Below are positions 50,541 through 60,529 of a stretch of DNA of 64,000 nt, in pieces. The notes beneath the pieces were generated by a model. The model was given only the letters and a program-made list of their open reading frames with translations. It did not search any database and had not been told where the DNA came from. Every line of letters starts with the position of its first letter. Positions within the stretch are counted from its first letter, which is position 1. A program made the translations under genes and the position numbers. This stretch comes from Anaerolineae bacterium (GTDB lineage Bacteria > Chloroflexota > Anaerolineae > B4-G1 > SLSP01), in NCBI GenBank assembly GCA_034676805.1, contig JAXDDO010000010.1, positions 18,480 to 82,479 of the forward strand. The letters are read 5' to 3'.

Positions 50541-52339
50541 CGATTCGTGGGGGCTTCATGATGCGTTTGCAGGGTCAGGATGAGGGAGCGCGCGTGCGGC
50601 TCTCCGACCTGAATCGGGAGGCCCTGGGGATACTGGGGCGCTACATGCGCCGATACACAGGACGCTTGGGACTTGCCCTGCTCTCTACGCTGACCGTCAG
50701 CGCGACCACGTTGGCTATGCCTTACCTGATGAAGATCGCGGTCGATAGTCACATTGCGGAGCGCAACCTGCCGGGCCTTGCCTGGATCTCACTGCTCTAT
50801 TTGGCGCTCAACGGCCTCTACTGGCTGGCCATCTATTGGCAGGGATATCTATCGGCCTGGGTAGGCCAACACGTTGTCTACGATCTGCGACGCGATCTCT
50901 TTGACCACGTGCTGCGGCAGTCAATTCGCTTCCACGAGCAGGAACGCGTCGGCGGCATTATGTCGCGCATCACCAACGACGTGAACGCTGTCTCCGAGGT
51001 CGCTTCTAGCGGCGCCCTCAACCTGCTCAGCGACCTAGTGTCGTTGGTCGGCATCATCGTTATCATGGCCACGTTGAGCGTCCGGCTGACCCTTGTCACG
51101 CTGATCGCCGTGCCTGTGGTGCTGTTGAGCATCGGTTACCTAGGCAAGCAGATGCGCCGTGCCTATCGCGATGTCCAGCAGGCGCTGGCCGACGTCAACA
51201 CCGGCGTAGAGCAGGGCGTCGTAGGCATGCGTGTGGCACAGTCTCTCTCCCGTGAGTCATTCACCGTCGAGCAGTTCGAGAGCCTGAGCTTGCAGAACAT
51301 GAAGGCGAATCTGCGCGCCGGGTTGCTTTTCGCGGCCGTTTTCCCGACCATGACCGTGACTAATATGCTCGGGATCGTCCTGGTCCTGGGCTACGGCGGG
51401 ATCCTCGTCAGCAGCGGCGCGCTCACCATTGGCGGCCTGCTGGCCTTCCTCGGCTACGTCTACCGCTTCTTCGGCCCGCTGCGTGAGCTGGGCCTGGTCT
51501 ATAATAGCTTCGAGGCGGCAGCGGCCTCGTTGGACCGGATCTCCGATTACATGGCCCGCCAGCCAGAAATCGTCGACCCGCCCCAGCCATTGCGACCCAC
51601 CGGTGGCTTCCGTGGTGAGTTGGCGTTCGACCACGTGACCTTCGCGTATGAAGACACACCGGTCTTGCACGACCTACATTTACACATCCGTGCTGGCGAG
51701 ACCATCGCTCTCGTCGGCGCCACAGGCGCTGGCAAAAGCACCATCGCCAAGCTGCTCGCCCGCCTCTACGACCCACAGACAGGCACTGTGACCATTGACG
51801 GCATCGACCTACGCCAGATCGCGCTGGCCGATCTGCGCCGCCTCGCCACGTTGGTTCAGCAGGACGTCTACCTCTTTGCCGACTCGATCCGCGAGAACAT
51901 CCGTTATGGCGCTCCGCAGGCCACTGATACTGAGGTTGAGGATGCGGCTCGTCGTGCACAGGCGCATGCCTTCATCGCGCAACTTCCGCGCGGCTACGAC
52001 ACCCAAATCGGTGAGCTCGGTGCAATGCTGTCCGGCGGACAGCGCCAGTTGGTGGCCTTCGCCCGGGCGCTGCTCGCCGATCCCAAGGTTCTGGTGCTCG
52101 ATGAGGCCACTGCCAATGTGGACCCCTACACCGAAGAATTGATCCAGAAGGCTATGGACGAGATCCGGAAGGACCGCACGACCGTCATCATCGCTCACCG
52201 CTTCTCTACCCTGCGCAAGGCCGATCGGATCATAGTCGTGGAAGATGGACGGGTCGTGGGCGAAGGAACGCACGAAACGCTCTTTGCCGACAACGCCGTC
52301 TACCGGCGCCTCTACCAGCGAGAGTGGGCCGATCGGTAA
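50537..52339 (+). CDS. ABC exporter, fused permease/ATPase
   Basis: ATGA overlap with the upstream gene. Walker A GATGAGKST, signature LSGGQRQL and Walker B VLVLDE. Confidence 0.9.
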   Translation: MTIRGGFMMRLQGQDEGARVRLSDLNREALGILGRYMRRYTGRLGLALLSTLTVSATTLAMPYLMKIAVDSHIAERNLPGLAWISLLYLALNGLYWLAIYWQGYLSAWVGQHVVYDLRRDLFDHVLRQSIRFHEQERVGGIMSRITNDVNAVSEVASSGALNLLSDLVSLVGIIVIMATLSVRLTLVTLIAVPVVLLSIGYLGKQMRRAYRDVQQALADVNTGVEQGVVGMRVAQSLSRESFTVEQFESLSLQNMKANLRAGLLFAAVFPTMTVTNMLGIVLVLGYGGILVSSGALTIGGLLAFLGYVYRFFGPLRELGLVYNSFEAAAASLDRISDYMARQPEIVDPPQPLRPTGGFRGELAFDHVTFAYEDTPVLHDLHLHIRAGETIALVGATGAGKSTIAKLLARLYDPQTGTVTIDGIDLRQIALADLRRLATLVQQDVYLFADSIRENIRYGAPQATDTEVEDAARRAQAHAFIAQLPRGYDTQIGELGAMLSGGQRQLVAFARALLADPKVLVLDEATANVDPYTEELIQKAMDEIRKDRTTVIIAHRFSTLRKADRIIVVEDGRVVGEGTHETLFADNAVYRRLYQREWADR

Positions 52340-52341
52340 CG

Positions 52342-53601
52342 ATGGGCGAGCAGCCAGCGCCGCCATCCAATGAGCCTTCTGGCCCAGGGCCGTTCGGCGC
52401 ACATCGCGACTTCGAGTTCAACCTGCGTGAGCTGGCCGGTTCGCTCGGCGACTTCGGCACGCTATTTCCCCTGGCGATCGGCTACATCGCCATCAATGGT
52501 CTGAATCCTGCGGGGCTCTTCGTCATGCTGGGGCTGACCAACATTGCCCTCGGCCTGGTCTATCGTCTGCCGATGCCCCTCCAGCCTAAGAAAGTCATCG
52601 CTGCTGTGGCGATCAGCGAAGGGTGGGCACCGTCGATGGTCTATGCCTCGGGGCTGGGGCTGGGGTTAACGTGGTTTTTGCTCACCCTGACCGGGCTGCT
52701 CGAGAAGCTGGTCGACTGGACACCAACATTCCTGGTGCGCGGCATCCAGCTTGCGCTGGGCTTGACGTTGGGCTGGCAGGCACTCAAAATGATGGCGCCT
52801 TCGCCACTGTTGGGACTGCTGGCAATCGCCATCGTCATCCTGCTGCGGCAGAACCGCTACGCCCCCGCCTCTATCGTGCTGATGGCGCTCGGGGTCGGCC
52901 TTGCCGCGTGGCGTGGCGACTTGCGCGGGCTAAGACTTGCGGTCACTCTTCCTCCCATCACTCTGCCTCGGTTCGCCGATGTGTGGCAGGCGATGCTCCT
53001 GGCGGGCTTCGCCCAGATTCCGCTTACCGTGACCAATGCGGTCATGGCAACGGCGGCAACCATACGGGACTACTTCCCCGACAGAGCGATCAGCGAGCGC
53101 AAACTGATGATCAATATGGGCTTTATGAACATCGCGGCGTCCTTCTTCGGCGGGATGCCGATGTGCCATGGCGCCGGTGGGTTGGCAGCACAGGTCTACT
53201 TCGGTGCCCGCACGGGCGGCACGCCCATTCTCGAGGGCTTGATCGAGGTCGCCATTGGTATCTTTCTGAGCCGCTCCATCGCCGACGTGATGGTGGCCTT
53301 TCCGATGGCCCTGGTGGGGGGAATGCTGTTTCTGGTGAGCCTGCAACTCGGCGCGCCCATGCTGCGGCTACGGGGGGAGGCGCTGGCGATGGCCCTCCTC
53401 ACGGCTGTGGTTTCGACGGTCACAAACATTGGTATTGGGTTTGTGGTTGGGCTTGGGTTGGCCCATCTGGTTCGAGCGTTGCGCGATCGCGGCTTGCTGC
53501 CCTGCTTCTGGACGCGTACCAAGGGAGAGCCATCTCGCGACACGTGTTGGCCAGATGATGGCGGTATGGAGAACGACAACGGGGATATGCCTAATGGATG
53601 A
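52342..53601 (+). CDS. MOT1-type (sulfate/molybdate transporter-like) membrane protein
   Basis: ELAGSLGDFGTLFPL and LPMPLQPKKVIAA resemble the MOT1-family signatures (GDLGT.IPI and PMPVQPMK.IAA), and there are multiple TM segments. Start taken as ATG 52342, 2 nt after the upstream stop. Confidence 0.7.
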   Translation: MGEQPAPPSNEPSGPGPFGAHRDFEFNLRELAGSLGDFGTLFPLAIGYIAINGLNPAGLFVMLGLTNIALGLVYRLPMPLQPKKVIAAVAISEGWAPSMVYASGLGLGLTWFLLTLTGLLEKLVDWTPTFLVRGIQLALGLTLGWQALKMMAPSPLLGLLAIAIVILLRQNRYAPASIVLMALGVGLAAWRGDLRGLRLAVTLPPITLPRFADVWQAMLLAGFAQIPLTVTNAVMATAATIRDYFPDRAISERKLMINMGFMNIAASFFGGMPMCHGAGGLAAQVYFGARTGGTPILEGLIEVAIGIFLSRSIADVMVAFPMALVGGMLFLVSLQLGAPMLRLRGEALAMALLTAVVSTVTNIGIGFVVGLGLAHLVRALRDRGLLPCFWTRTKGEPSRDTCWPDDGGMENDNGDMPNG

Positions 53602-54538
53602 TGCGCCCTTTGCACTCAGAGCTGTGGGTTTGACAAAGCGCTATGGCTCGGGTGAGACCGGCCTGCTTGCGGTTGACCACATTGATTTTGAAGTAGGCCA
53701 TGGGGAGGTGTTTGGCTTCCTCGGTCCCAACGGCGCCGGCAAGACGACTACGATCAGGATGCTTACCGGGCTGGCCCGCCCCACGGGTGGATCTGTCTCG
53801 ATACTCGGTCTGGACCTCGCGCGTGATCTGCCTCGAATCAAGAAGCAGATTGGCGTTGTGCCCGAGAACTCGAATCTCTATGATGAGTTGACGGCATTCG
53901 ACAATCTGGTGTTCTCAATGCAGCTTTATGGTGTGCCACGGCGGGCGCGCGCTGGCCGTGCGGAGGATCTGTTGGCCCGGTTCCGACTCAGAGAGAAGCG
54001 TGACGTGCGCTTTGGCCGTCTTTCGCGAGGCATGCGACGTGCGCTAACTATCGCGACCGCGTTGGCCCACCACCCGTCCTTGGTCTTTCTGGATGAGCCG
54101 ACAACCGGCCTGGACGTGGTCAGTGCCCGCAGTCTGCGCCAGATGGTTGCCGCGCTGCGGGATCAAGGGGTGACCGTTTTCCTCACGACGCATTATCTCG
54201 AAGAAGCAGAACGCCTGTGTGACCGTATTGCGCTGATGGTGGGAGGCCGAATTGTTGCTCTGGACACGGTTGACGGCCTGAAGGCCCGGTCCCAAGGTGC
54301 GGCAGCGATCGAGATCACGCTGGAGAGCAAGGACCGTCGAGGCGTGCCGGAGGTTCGGCGTCTGGTGGGGGCGGACCTCGAGTCCTTGATCGCGCAGGCA
54401 ATGTCCGACGCGCGCACCGAGGGGCGCCGTGTGCTGGCACTGGATACCATCCGGCCTAACCTAGAGGACGTCTTTGTCCAGCTCACCGGCCTTAACGCGG
54501 ATGTGATGCGCAGCGAGAAAAGCGGACAGGCGAAGTGA
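53594..54538 (+). CDS. ABC-2-type transporter ATP-binding protein
   Basis: Start at ATG 53594 (MDDAPFALRAVGLTKRYG), an 8-nt overlap with the upstream gene. Walker A GPNGAGKTT, signature LSRGMRR and Walker B LVFLDEPT. Confidence 0.9.
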   Translation: MDDAPFALRAVGLTKRYGSGETGLLAVDHIDFEVGHGEVFGFLGPNGAGKTTTIRMLTGLARPTGGSVSILGLDLARDLPRIKKQIGVVPENSNLYDELTAFDNLVFSMQLYGVPRRARAGRAEDLLARFRLREKRDVRFGRLSRGMRRALTIATALAHHPSLVFLDEPTTGLDVVSARSLRQMVAALRDQGVTVFLTTHYLEEAERLCDRIALMVGGRIVALDTVDGLKARSQGAAAIEITLESKDRRGVPEVRRLVGADLESLIAQAMSDARTEGRRVLALDTIRPNLEDVFVQLTGLNADVMRSEKSGQAK

Positions 54539-54539
54539 T

Positions 54540-55271
54540 ATGCTGAGTGACGACCTCCGATGTGCCTACGCCGTTCTCATCAAGGACCTACGCGCCTACT
54601 ACCTCAAGCCCCCTAACATAAGTTGGGGTATTCTGTTCCCACTGGCTTTCCTGTTAGCCTTCACATTGCGTACTCCCACTAACCCCGACCAGTTGGTGCC
54701 AGGCTTGCTGGCTCTCGCCCTGCTCTTCGGCACGACGAGCATGGAGGCGATTGTGATCACCTTTGAACGGCGGATTGGAGCTCTCGAACGGCTGCTCTTG
54801 GCGCCGATGCGTCTCACCGCGCTCCTGGTTGGTAAACTCCTAGGCGGGATGGTCTTCGGCCTGATCGTTACGGTGGTCACGCTTGGTATCGCTGCCGTGG
54901 CTTTCGGCCTGGGAGCCGTGCGGGTGGGGCTGCTGGTAGCTACGCTAGTGCTCTCCGCTTCAGCGTTTGCAGCCTTGGGGGTGCTGGTTTCGGTTGCGGT
55001 GAAGGAGGTCTTCGAAGCGCAAACGCTGGCAAATGCCTTCCGATTCCCGATGATGTTCCTAGGTGGTGCTTTTGTGCCTGTGGCCGCGCTTCCAACGGGA
55101 CTGAGAATCGTCGCACGTCTTATGCCATTGACGTACAGCGTGGAAGCATTGAGCGTGGCCCTGAACAACGGGCCACTAGATCGTGCGCTACTGGACTTGG
55201 CCGTGTTGGCAGCGTTCACGATCGTGTTTTTTGTGTTCTCTGTTCGGGCATTGGCTCGCCAGACCGCGTGA
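54540..55271 (+). CDS. ABC-2 family transporter permease
   Basis: 243 aa with six hydrophobic segments. It starts 1 nt after the ATPase stop. Confidence 0.85.
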   Translation: MLSDDLRCAYAVLIKDLRAYYLKPPNISWGILFPLAFLLAFTLRTPTNPDQLVPGLLALALLFGTTSMEAIVITFERRIGALERLLLAPMRLTALLVGKLLGGMVFGLIVTVVTLGIAAVAFGLGAVRVGLLVATLVLSASAFAALGVLVSVAVKEVFEAQTLANAFRFPMMFLGGAFVPVAALPTGLRIVARLMPLTYSVEALSVALNNGPLDRALLDLAVLAAFTIVFFVFSVRALARQTA

Positions 55272-55322
55272 TAGTTGTGCCAATGGGGGCGTCTGCCCGC
55301 ATGGATCCTGCCTGAGCCGCAC

Positions 55323-55370
55323 CTGCGAGGGCCGCTGGAAGCCCACAAGCGTTCCAGCCTGAGCTCGCAG
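55323..55370 (+). terminator. Compound hairpin ending the six-gene operon
   Basis: Outer stem CTGCGAG/CTCGCAG and inner stem GCTGGAA/TTCCAGC, followed by a GT-rich stretch. Confidence 0.5.
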
Positions 55371-55421
55371 GTGTGGCGCGTGTTCTTCTCTGATGGCTGT
55401 ACTGACGAGTGGCCCCAGCCG

Positions 55422-55450
55422 TTGTTTTCTCATGTCCGTTGTGCTATACT
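55422..55450 (+). promoter_or_regulatory. Putative promoter (TTGTTT-17-TATACT) for the HEAT-repeat gene
   Basis: Hexamers at 55422-55427 and 55445-55450, about 50 nt upstream of GTG 55502. Confidence 0.4.
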
Positions 55451-55501
55451 AGGCACGCCTGACTAAGGGTCGGGCATCACAAAGAGAAAAAGGCGGATCA
55501 C

Positions 55502-56779
55502 GTGGGCTTTACCGACACTTCACCGGATAGAAGCGCCGTTGTCGAGCAGCATGTGGAGAACCTTGAGAGCCCTAACCCGAGGATGCGCTCCCAGGCAGTG
55601 GAGGACCTCGGCAAGTTGGCTGCGCACGAAGCAGTTCCGGCACTCATCGAACGCCTCCAGGAAGATGTGAACACCTACGTTCGCAGTGCGTCCGCGGAGG
55701 CTCTGGGGCGCATCGGCGATGTTCGCGGGATATTCCCGCTAATGGACGCGCTGCGCGACTCTTGCTCCTTTGTCCGCCGAGCTGCAGCTATCGCTCTGGG
55801 ACAGATGCAGGCCAAGGAGGCGCAGGGCGCACTCCTCAGAGCGCTCGAGGATCCCAATTTCTACGTGCGGCGGGCCGCGATCAACGCTGTCGGCAAGCTA
55901 GGGGTTGCCGATCATGCGGCAATGCTCCTGCCCTCGCTCGACACTCCCGATCCCAGGATCCGGCGCACGGCGATCATCGCGCTGCGCCGCCTGGAGAGCC
56001 ATGACGGAATCCCGAGGATGGTCGAGATCCTCGAGTCCTACCTGCTGAATCCAAATCAGCGTGATCTCCCGGTGGTGAAGACACTCGTCGTCACTCTTGG
56101 CGAACTCAGAGCTGGCGAAGCCGTGCCCACCCTGGTTCGCGTTATGCGAGGTTACGTGGGCGTGCGCTCGCTGGCAGCCAAGTCACTGGGCAGAATCGGC
56201 GACGCCCAAGCTGCCGGCGCCCTGATGGAGGCGCTGAAAGACGACAAGAGCAAGAGTCTCCAGTTGTCGGCTCTGAAAAGCCTGGGGCAGTTGCGCTATC
56301 ATAAAGCGGTACCAGCGATCCGCCCTTTCCTCGATGCGCCAGATCCCCGTATGAGACGGACTGCTGCGATGACGCTCGGGAATCTCCGAGATAGGGATTC
56401 CGTTGCGAGGCTTCTGAGAATGGCTCGCGACGATGACAGTCCCCTGGTTAGGCCTGCGGCGGTGGAGGCCTTGGGCCTGATCGGAGATCGACGAACAATC
56501 GAGAAGCTGCTGCCCTTCGTTGATGACAGTAACGCCTATCTCCGTGCCGCACTCGCCCACGCATTGAGTACGCTCGACGGTCAGACGCCTGCTGTCATCG
56601 ATGCGTTGCGGCGGCTTCAGGATGACAAGGTGCGCCACGTGGCCATCGCGGCCGAGCGCGCCCTGGCTAACTGTCAGCCTCTGATGGGCGAACAGGACGT
56701 AGCCCAAGAACCCGATCAGTGTCCTGCGCCGGAGCGCCAGCATGTGTCTTGGCTGCGCCGGTTTCTGGGACGGAACTAG
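55502..56779 (+). CDS. HEAT (PBS-lyase-type) repeat protein
   Basis: At least 10 repeats of the VR..A..ALG.(I/L)GD..A...L...L.D type. Confidence 0.85.
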   Translation: MGFTDTSPDRSAVVEQHVENLESPNPRMRSQAVEDLGKLAAHEAVPALIERLQEDVNTYVRSASAEALGRIGDVRGIFPLMDALRDSCSFVRRAAAIALGQMQAKEAQGALLRALEDPNFYVRRAAINAVGKLGVADHAAMLLPSLDTPDPRIRRTAIIALRRLESHDGIPRMVEILESYLLNPNQRDLPVVKTLVVTLGELRAGEAVPTLVRVMRGYVGVRSLAAKSLGRIGDAQAAGALMEALKDDKSKSLQLSALKSLGQLRYHKAVPAIRPFLDAPDPRMRRTAAMTLGNLRDRDSVARLLRMARDDDSPLVRPAAVEALGLIGDRRTIEKLLPFVDDSNAYLRAALAHALSTLDGQTPAVIDALRRLQDDKVRHVAIAAERALANCQPLMGEQDVAQEPDQCPAPERQHVSWLRRFLGRN

Positions 56780-57059
56780 ATGCCGTGAACCCCGACTAGC
56801 CGCCAGCTTCATCTCCGGTGCGCGATGTCCTCGTTCGTGGCCCGGCGGTTTCTGCAATGCCGGTGCATACCCGTGTTGTGACTGCTTGTGGCACGCACCT
56901 CCCGTTCTGCCGGAACAGGAAGGCTCTCCCGAGGCGGCGAACTGCTGTTTCCGGCCTCACCGCGATTCAGCTTCGTCTGTTATCGGCTATAATGGGCTCC
57001 CGGGGATGTTCATTACCGCGCGCAGCTCGTAGGTTTTCCGTGCATGGAGGAGGATTGGG

Positions 57060-58328
57060 ATGCCAGTAACGGCGGTTGTGGGAGCGCAGTGGGGGGATGA
57101 AGGAAAGGGCCGTATCGTTGACTATATGGCACAGCGTGCCGATCTGGTCATCCGCTTTCAGGGGGGCGATAACGCCGGTCACACAGTCGTCAACGAGCGA
57201 GGTAAGTTCGCGCTGCATCTTGTTCCGTCGGGGATCTTCAGCCCCGTCACGCAGTGCTTGATTGGGGCGGGGACCGTTGTAAACCTGGACACCTTGGCTG
57301 ACGAGCTTGGCACCCTGACCAAGGCTGGGGTGGATGTCAGCAGACTGGTGGTCGATTGTCGTGCGCATCTGATTCTCCCGTTTCACAGACAGCTAGATGG
57401 TGCCGAGGAGGCCGCGCGGATCGAAGGTTGGGAGGTGGGCACGACAAAGCGTGGGATCGGCCCCGTCTACGCCGATAAGGCTGCACGGCAGGGAATCCGC
57501 ATCGGTGACATCCTCGACATCGATCGGTTGCGGGTTCGTCTGACGATGCTGGTGCCCCGCAAGAACCGCGAACTGGCGTACTTCGGCCTTCAGGAGGTGT
57601 CGGTTGATGAACTCGTGGCGCTTTGCGAGGGCTGGCGGGACCAGTTTGGAGAGCGCATCGTCGATGGGTTACCCCTGGTCCGCGATGCTGTGCGTTCAGG
57701 TAAGCGTGTTCTGTTGGAGGGACAACTGGGCGTCATGCGGGACTTGGACTGGGGCATCTACCCTTATACAACCTCGTCGTCGCCAACCGCTGGCGGGGGC
57801 TGTGTCGGTGCGGGCGTTCCCCCGCGAGCTATCGACGAGGTCCTGGGCATTGTCAAAGCCTACTCGACTTCCGTAGGGGGCGGACCGTTCCCGACCGAAT
57901 TGACCGACGCCGTGGGTGATAGACTTCGAGCTATCGGTGAGGAATACGGCGCCACCACGGGCCGTCCGCGCCGCTGTGGCTGGTTCGACGGTGTCGCCAT
58001 CGGGTATGCCAGTTGGCTCAACGGTTTCACCGGCGTCGCTGTTACGAAACTGGATGTCTTGGACGAGCTGGAGGTCCTCAAGATCTGTGTGGGCTATCGC
58101 CTGGGGGACCGGCTTCTCGACCACGTGCCGGACACGGTGGTGCAGGAGCAGGTGGAGCCGGTCTATGAGACCTGGCCGGGCTGGCTTTCGGACACGAGCG
58201 GCGTGCGCGAGTGGGATGCGCTGCCCCGAAATGCCCAAGCCTACGTCAGGCGCATTGGCGAACTGGCGGGGGCCCCGGTGCGCTTCATCTCGGTGGGCCC
58301 GGAACGCGACCAGATCATCGTTATGTGA
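57060..58328 (+). CDS. purA: Adenylosuccinate synthetase
   Basis: N-terminal [14 protein letters not shown] and [25 protein letters not shown] is present. Confidence 0.95.
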   Translation: MPVTAVVGAQWGDEGKGRIVDYMAQRADLVIRFQGGDNAGHTVVNERGKFALHLVPSGIFSPVTQCLIGAGTVVNLDTLADELGTLTKAGVDVSRLVVDCRAHLILPFHRQLDGAEEAARIEGWEVGTTKRGIGPVYADKAARQGIRIGDILDIDRLRVRLTMLVPRKNRELAYFGLQEVSVDELVALCEGWRDQFGERIVDGLPLVRDAVRSGKRVLLEGQLGVMRDLDWGIYPYTTSSSPTAGGGCVGAGVPPRAIDEVLGIVKAYSTSVGGGPFPTELTDAVGDRLRAIGEEYGATTGRPRRCGWFDGVAIGYASWLNGFTGVAVTKLDVLDELEVLKICVGYRLGDRLLDHVPDTVVQEQVEPVYETWPGWLSDTSGVREWDALPRNAQAYVRRIGELAGAPVRFISVGPERDQIIVM

Positions 58329-58345
58329 GGGCGAGGGGGCACGTG

Positions 58346-59782
58346 ATGGCAAAGCTGGTGTTTACGCACGAGGACTATCTCTCGCCATTTACCTGGCGTT
58401 ACGGCAGCGAGGCGATGCAGGTGATATGGTCGGAAGTCTACAAGCGTCACTTGCTCAGGCGCGTGTGGGTGGCATTGGCTGGCGCGCAGCACGAGGCCGG
58501 ACTGGTGACCGCGGCACAGCTTGCGGATCTCAGCGCTCATGTCGACGACGTGGACATCGCGCGAGCGGCGGAGATCGAAGAGGAGATCCACCACGACTTG
58601 ATGGCAGAGGTAAAGACCTTCGCCGAGCAGTGCCCTGTGGGCGGGGGCATCATCCATCTTGGTGCCACGAGTATGGACATCTCCGATAATGTCGAAGTGC
58701 TGAGGCTGGCTGAGTCACTGGACTTGCTTATCACCGGGTTGCAGACGCTGTTGGATACTCTGACCACCATGATGGAAATGCGTGCGGATCAGGTCTGTAT
58801 GGCCTTCACGCATATCCAGCCTGCCGAGCCAACGACGGTTGGCTATCGGCTGGCGCAGTATGCCCAGGATCTGCTCATCGACTACCGTGAGTTGGTCGAC
58901 GTGCGACGGAACCTGCGAGGAAAGGGAATCAAGGGTGCTGTCGGTACGTCGGCTTCTTACGCGGCCCTGTTGGAGGGCACTAGCATGACGCCGGCGCAAC
59001 TGGAGCACCAGGTCATGACCGCGCTTGGCCTTGAGGCCTTCCCGGTAGCGACCCAAACGTATCCCCGCAAACAGGACTGGCTCGTGCTCAACGCTCTTGC
59101 GGGCCTGTCCGGGTCGCTGTACAAGTTCGCGTTCGACCTGAGGCTGCTGCAATCGCCGCCCATTGGGGAGTGGAGCGAGCCGTTCGGGAAGCGCCAGGTT
59201 GGTTCGTCGGCCATGCCCTTCAAGCGCAACCCGGTGCGCTCGGAGAACATCGACTCACTCGCCCGATATGTGGCCGCCCTGCCCCGGGTTGCCTGGGACA
59301 ACGCCGCTCACTCGCTCCTTGAGCGAACGCTGGATGACTCCGGTAACCGCCGCGAGGTCCTGCCTTCAGCGTTCCTTGCGGTCGACGAACTGCTGGCAAC
59401 TGCTCTGCGCATTATGAGGGATCTGCGCATTCACGACGAGGCGATCGAGCGCAACCTGACGAAGTACGGCGTATTTGCGGCGACCGAGCGGCTGTTGATG
59501 GTGCTGGTCGCCGCGGGAGCGGATCGCCAGGAGATGCACGAGGTGATTCGGGAGCACGCGATGGCTGCCTGGCAGGCAGTGCACGCCGGGGATCTTGAGA
59601 ACCCTCTGCCCGAACGTCTGGCCAGCGACCCGCGGGTGCGGGCGCACCTCTCCGAAGACCGTGTGTTGGCTCTCTTCGACGCTCGCGGACACATCGGAGA
59701 TGCACCCAAACGGGCGCGTGAGATGGCACACATGGTGATGCGTGAACTTGCCCTTGCCGGCTTCCATTCGGGGGAGCGCTGA
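58346..59782 (+). CDS. purB: Adenylosuccinate lyase
   Basis: Fumarate-lyase signature GSSAMPFKRNP. Start trimmed to ATG 58346 (MAKLVFTHEDYLSPF), 17 nt after the purA stop. Confidence 0.95.
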   Translation: MAKLVFTHEDYLSPFTWRYGSEAMQVIWSEVYKRHLLRRVWVALAGAQHEAGLVTAAQLADLSAHVDDVDIARAAEIEEEIHHDLMAEVKTFAEQCPVGGGIIHLGATSMDISDNVEVLRLAESLDLLITGLQTLLDTLTTMMEMRADQVCMAFTHIQPAEPTTVGYRLAQYAQDLLIDYRELVDVRRNLRGKGIKGAVGTSASYAALLEGTSMTPAQLEHQVMTALGLEAFPVATQTYPRKQDWLVLNALAGLSGSLYKFAFDLRLLQSPPIGEWSEPFGKRQVGSSAMPFKRNPVRSENIDSLARYVAALPRVAWDNAAHSLLERTLDDSGNRREVLPSAFLAVDELLATALRIMRDLRIHDEAIERNLTKYGVFAATERLLMVLVAAGADRQEMHEVIREHAMAAWQAVHAGDLENPLPERLASDPRVRAHLSEDRVLALFDARGHIGDAPKRAREMAHMVMRELALAGFHSGER

Positions 59783-59793
59783 AGCTGCAGACC

Positions 59794-60522
59794 ATGGTCC
59801 AGGATCGACTAACGGTCGCATATCGGCTCATCTTGGGTCTGTCGGCGGACCCCATCCACATGGGACACATCGAGATGCTGTCTCAGGCCTATCAGTGCCT
59901 CCGCGACCGAGGATATCGAATCGCGGGGGCGCTTCTGATACCCGTCTACCGGCGTAACCCCGTTGGGGCCTCCAAAGAGCGACTGCCCGAGACTTTCCAC
60001 CACAGGTGCATTATGTGCCAGTTGGCTGCTCGCTACATCAACCGCAGGCTTGCGCTTCCGAAGGGGAGTTTCGCTGTTTCCAGCATTGAAGCTGAACTGG
60101 CCCGGGGTCGCGAGGCCCCCAACTACACGGCGGAGACACTGTCGCTGCTAAAGGCGCGTTCCGAGCCAGGTGCCGAACTCGTCTTCCTGATCAGCAGCGA
60201 GCTTGTATCGGGCGTCGATCCACAGTTTGGCCATTGGTATCAGGTGGACACGATACTGAACGTAGCAGCCTTGGCAATCTGTCCCAGGCCCGGTTATGCC
60301 CTCAACAACGACTTCGTAGGCAGTCTCGTCGAGCGCGGGGCCCACGTGATCGTGTTGCCGGAGGTCGAGACTCCTGATATCTCGGCGACGGATCTGCGCA
60401 ACCAGATGCGCGAAGGTGTGTCGCCGCAGACCCTGGAACAGCAGGGCCTGCTCATCCCATCGGTCGCCCGCTATCTGGCGCGACATTCGCTTTACGGGCC
60501 CGGCGGGACGGTAGCTTGCTGA
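59794..60522 (+). CDS. nadD: Nicotinate-nucleotide adenylyltransferase
   Basis: HxGH motif in GLSADPIHMGHIEM, plus YTAETLSLL and the ISATDLR (ISST-like) motif. Confidence 0.85.
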   Translation: MVQDRLTVAYRLILGLSADPIHMGHIEMLSQAYQCLRDRGYRIAGALLIPVYRRNPVGASKERLPETFHHRCIMCQLAARYINRRLALPKGSFAVSSIEAELARGREAPNYTAETLSLLKARSEPGAELVFLISSELVSGVDPQFGHWYQVDTILNVAALAICPRPGYALNNDFVGSLVERGAHVIVLPEVETPDISATDLRNQMREGVSPQTLEQQGLLIPSVARYLARHSLYGPGGTVAC

Positions 60523-60529
60523 GCGCAGG

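Noticed and set aside
52623-53558. 311-aa plus-strand ORF inside the MOT1-like gene
   Set aside because: It is an alternate frame of a clear multi-TM transporter gene, with an Arg/Gly/His-rich translation.
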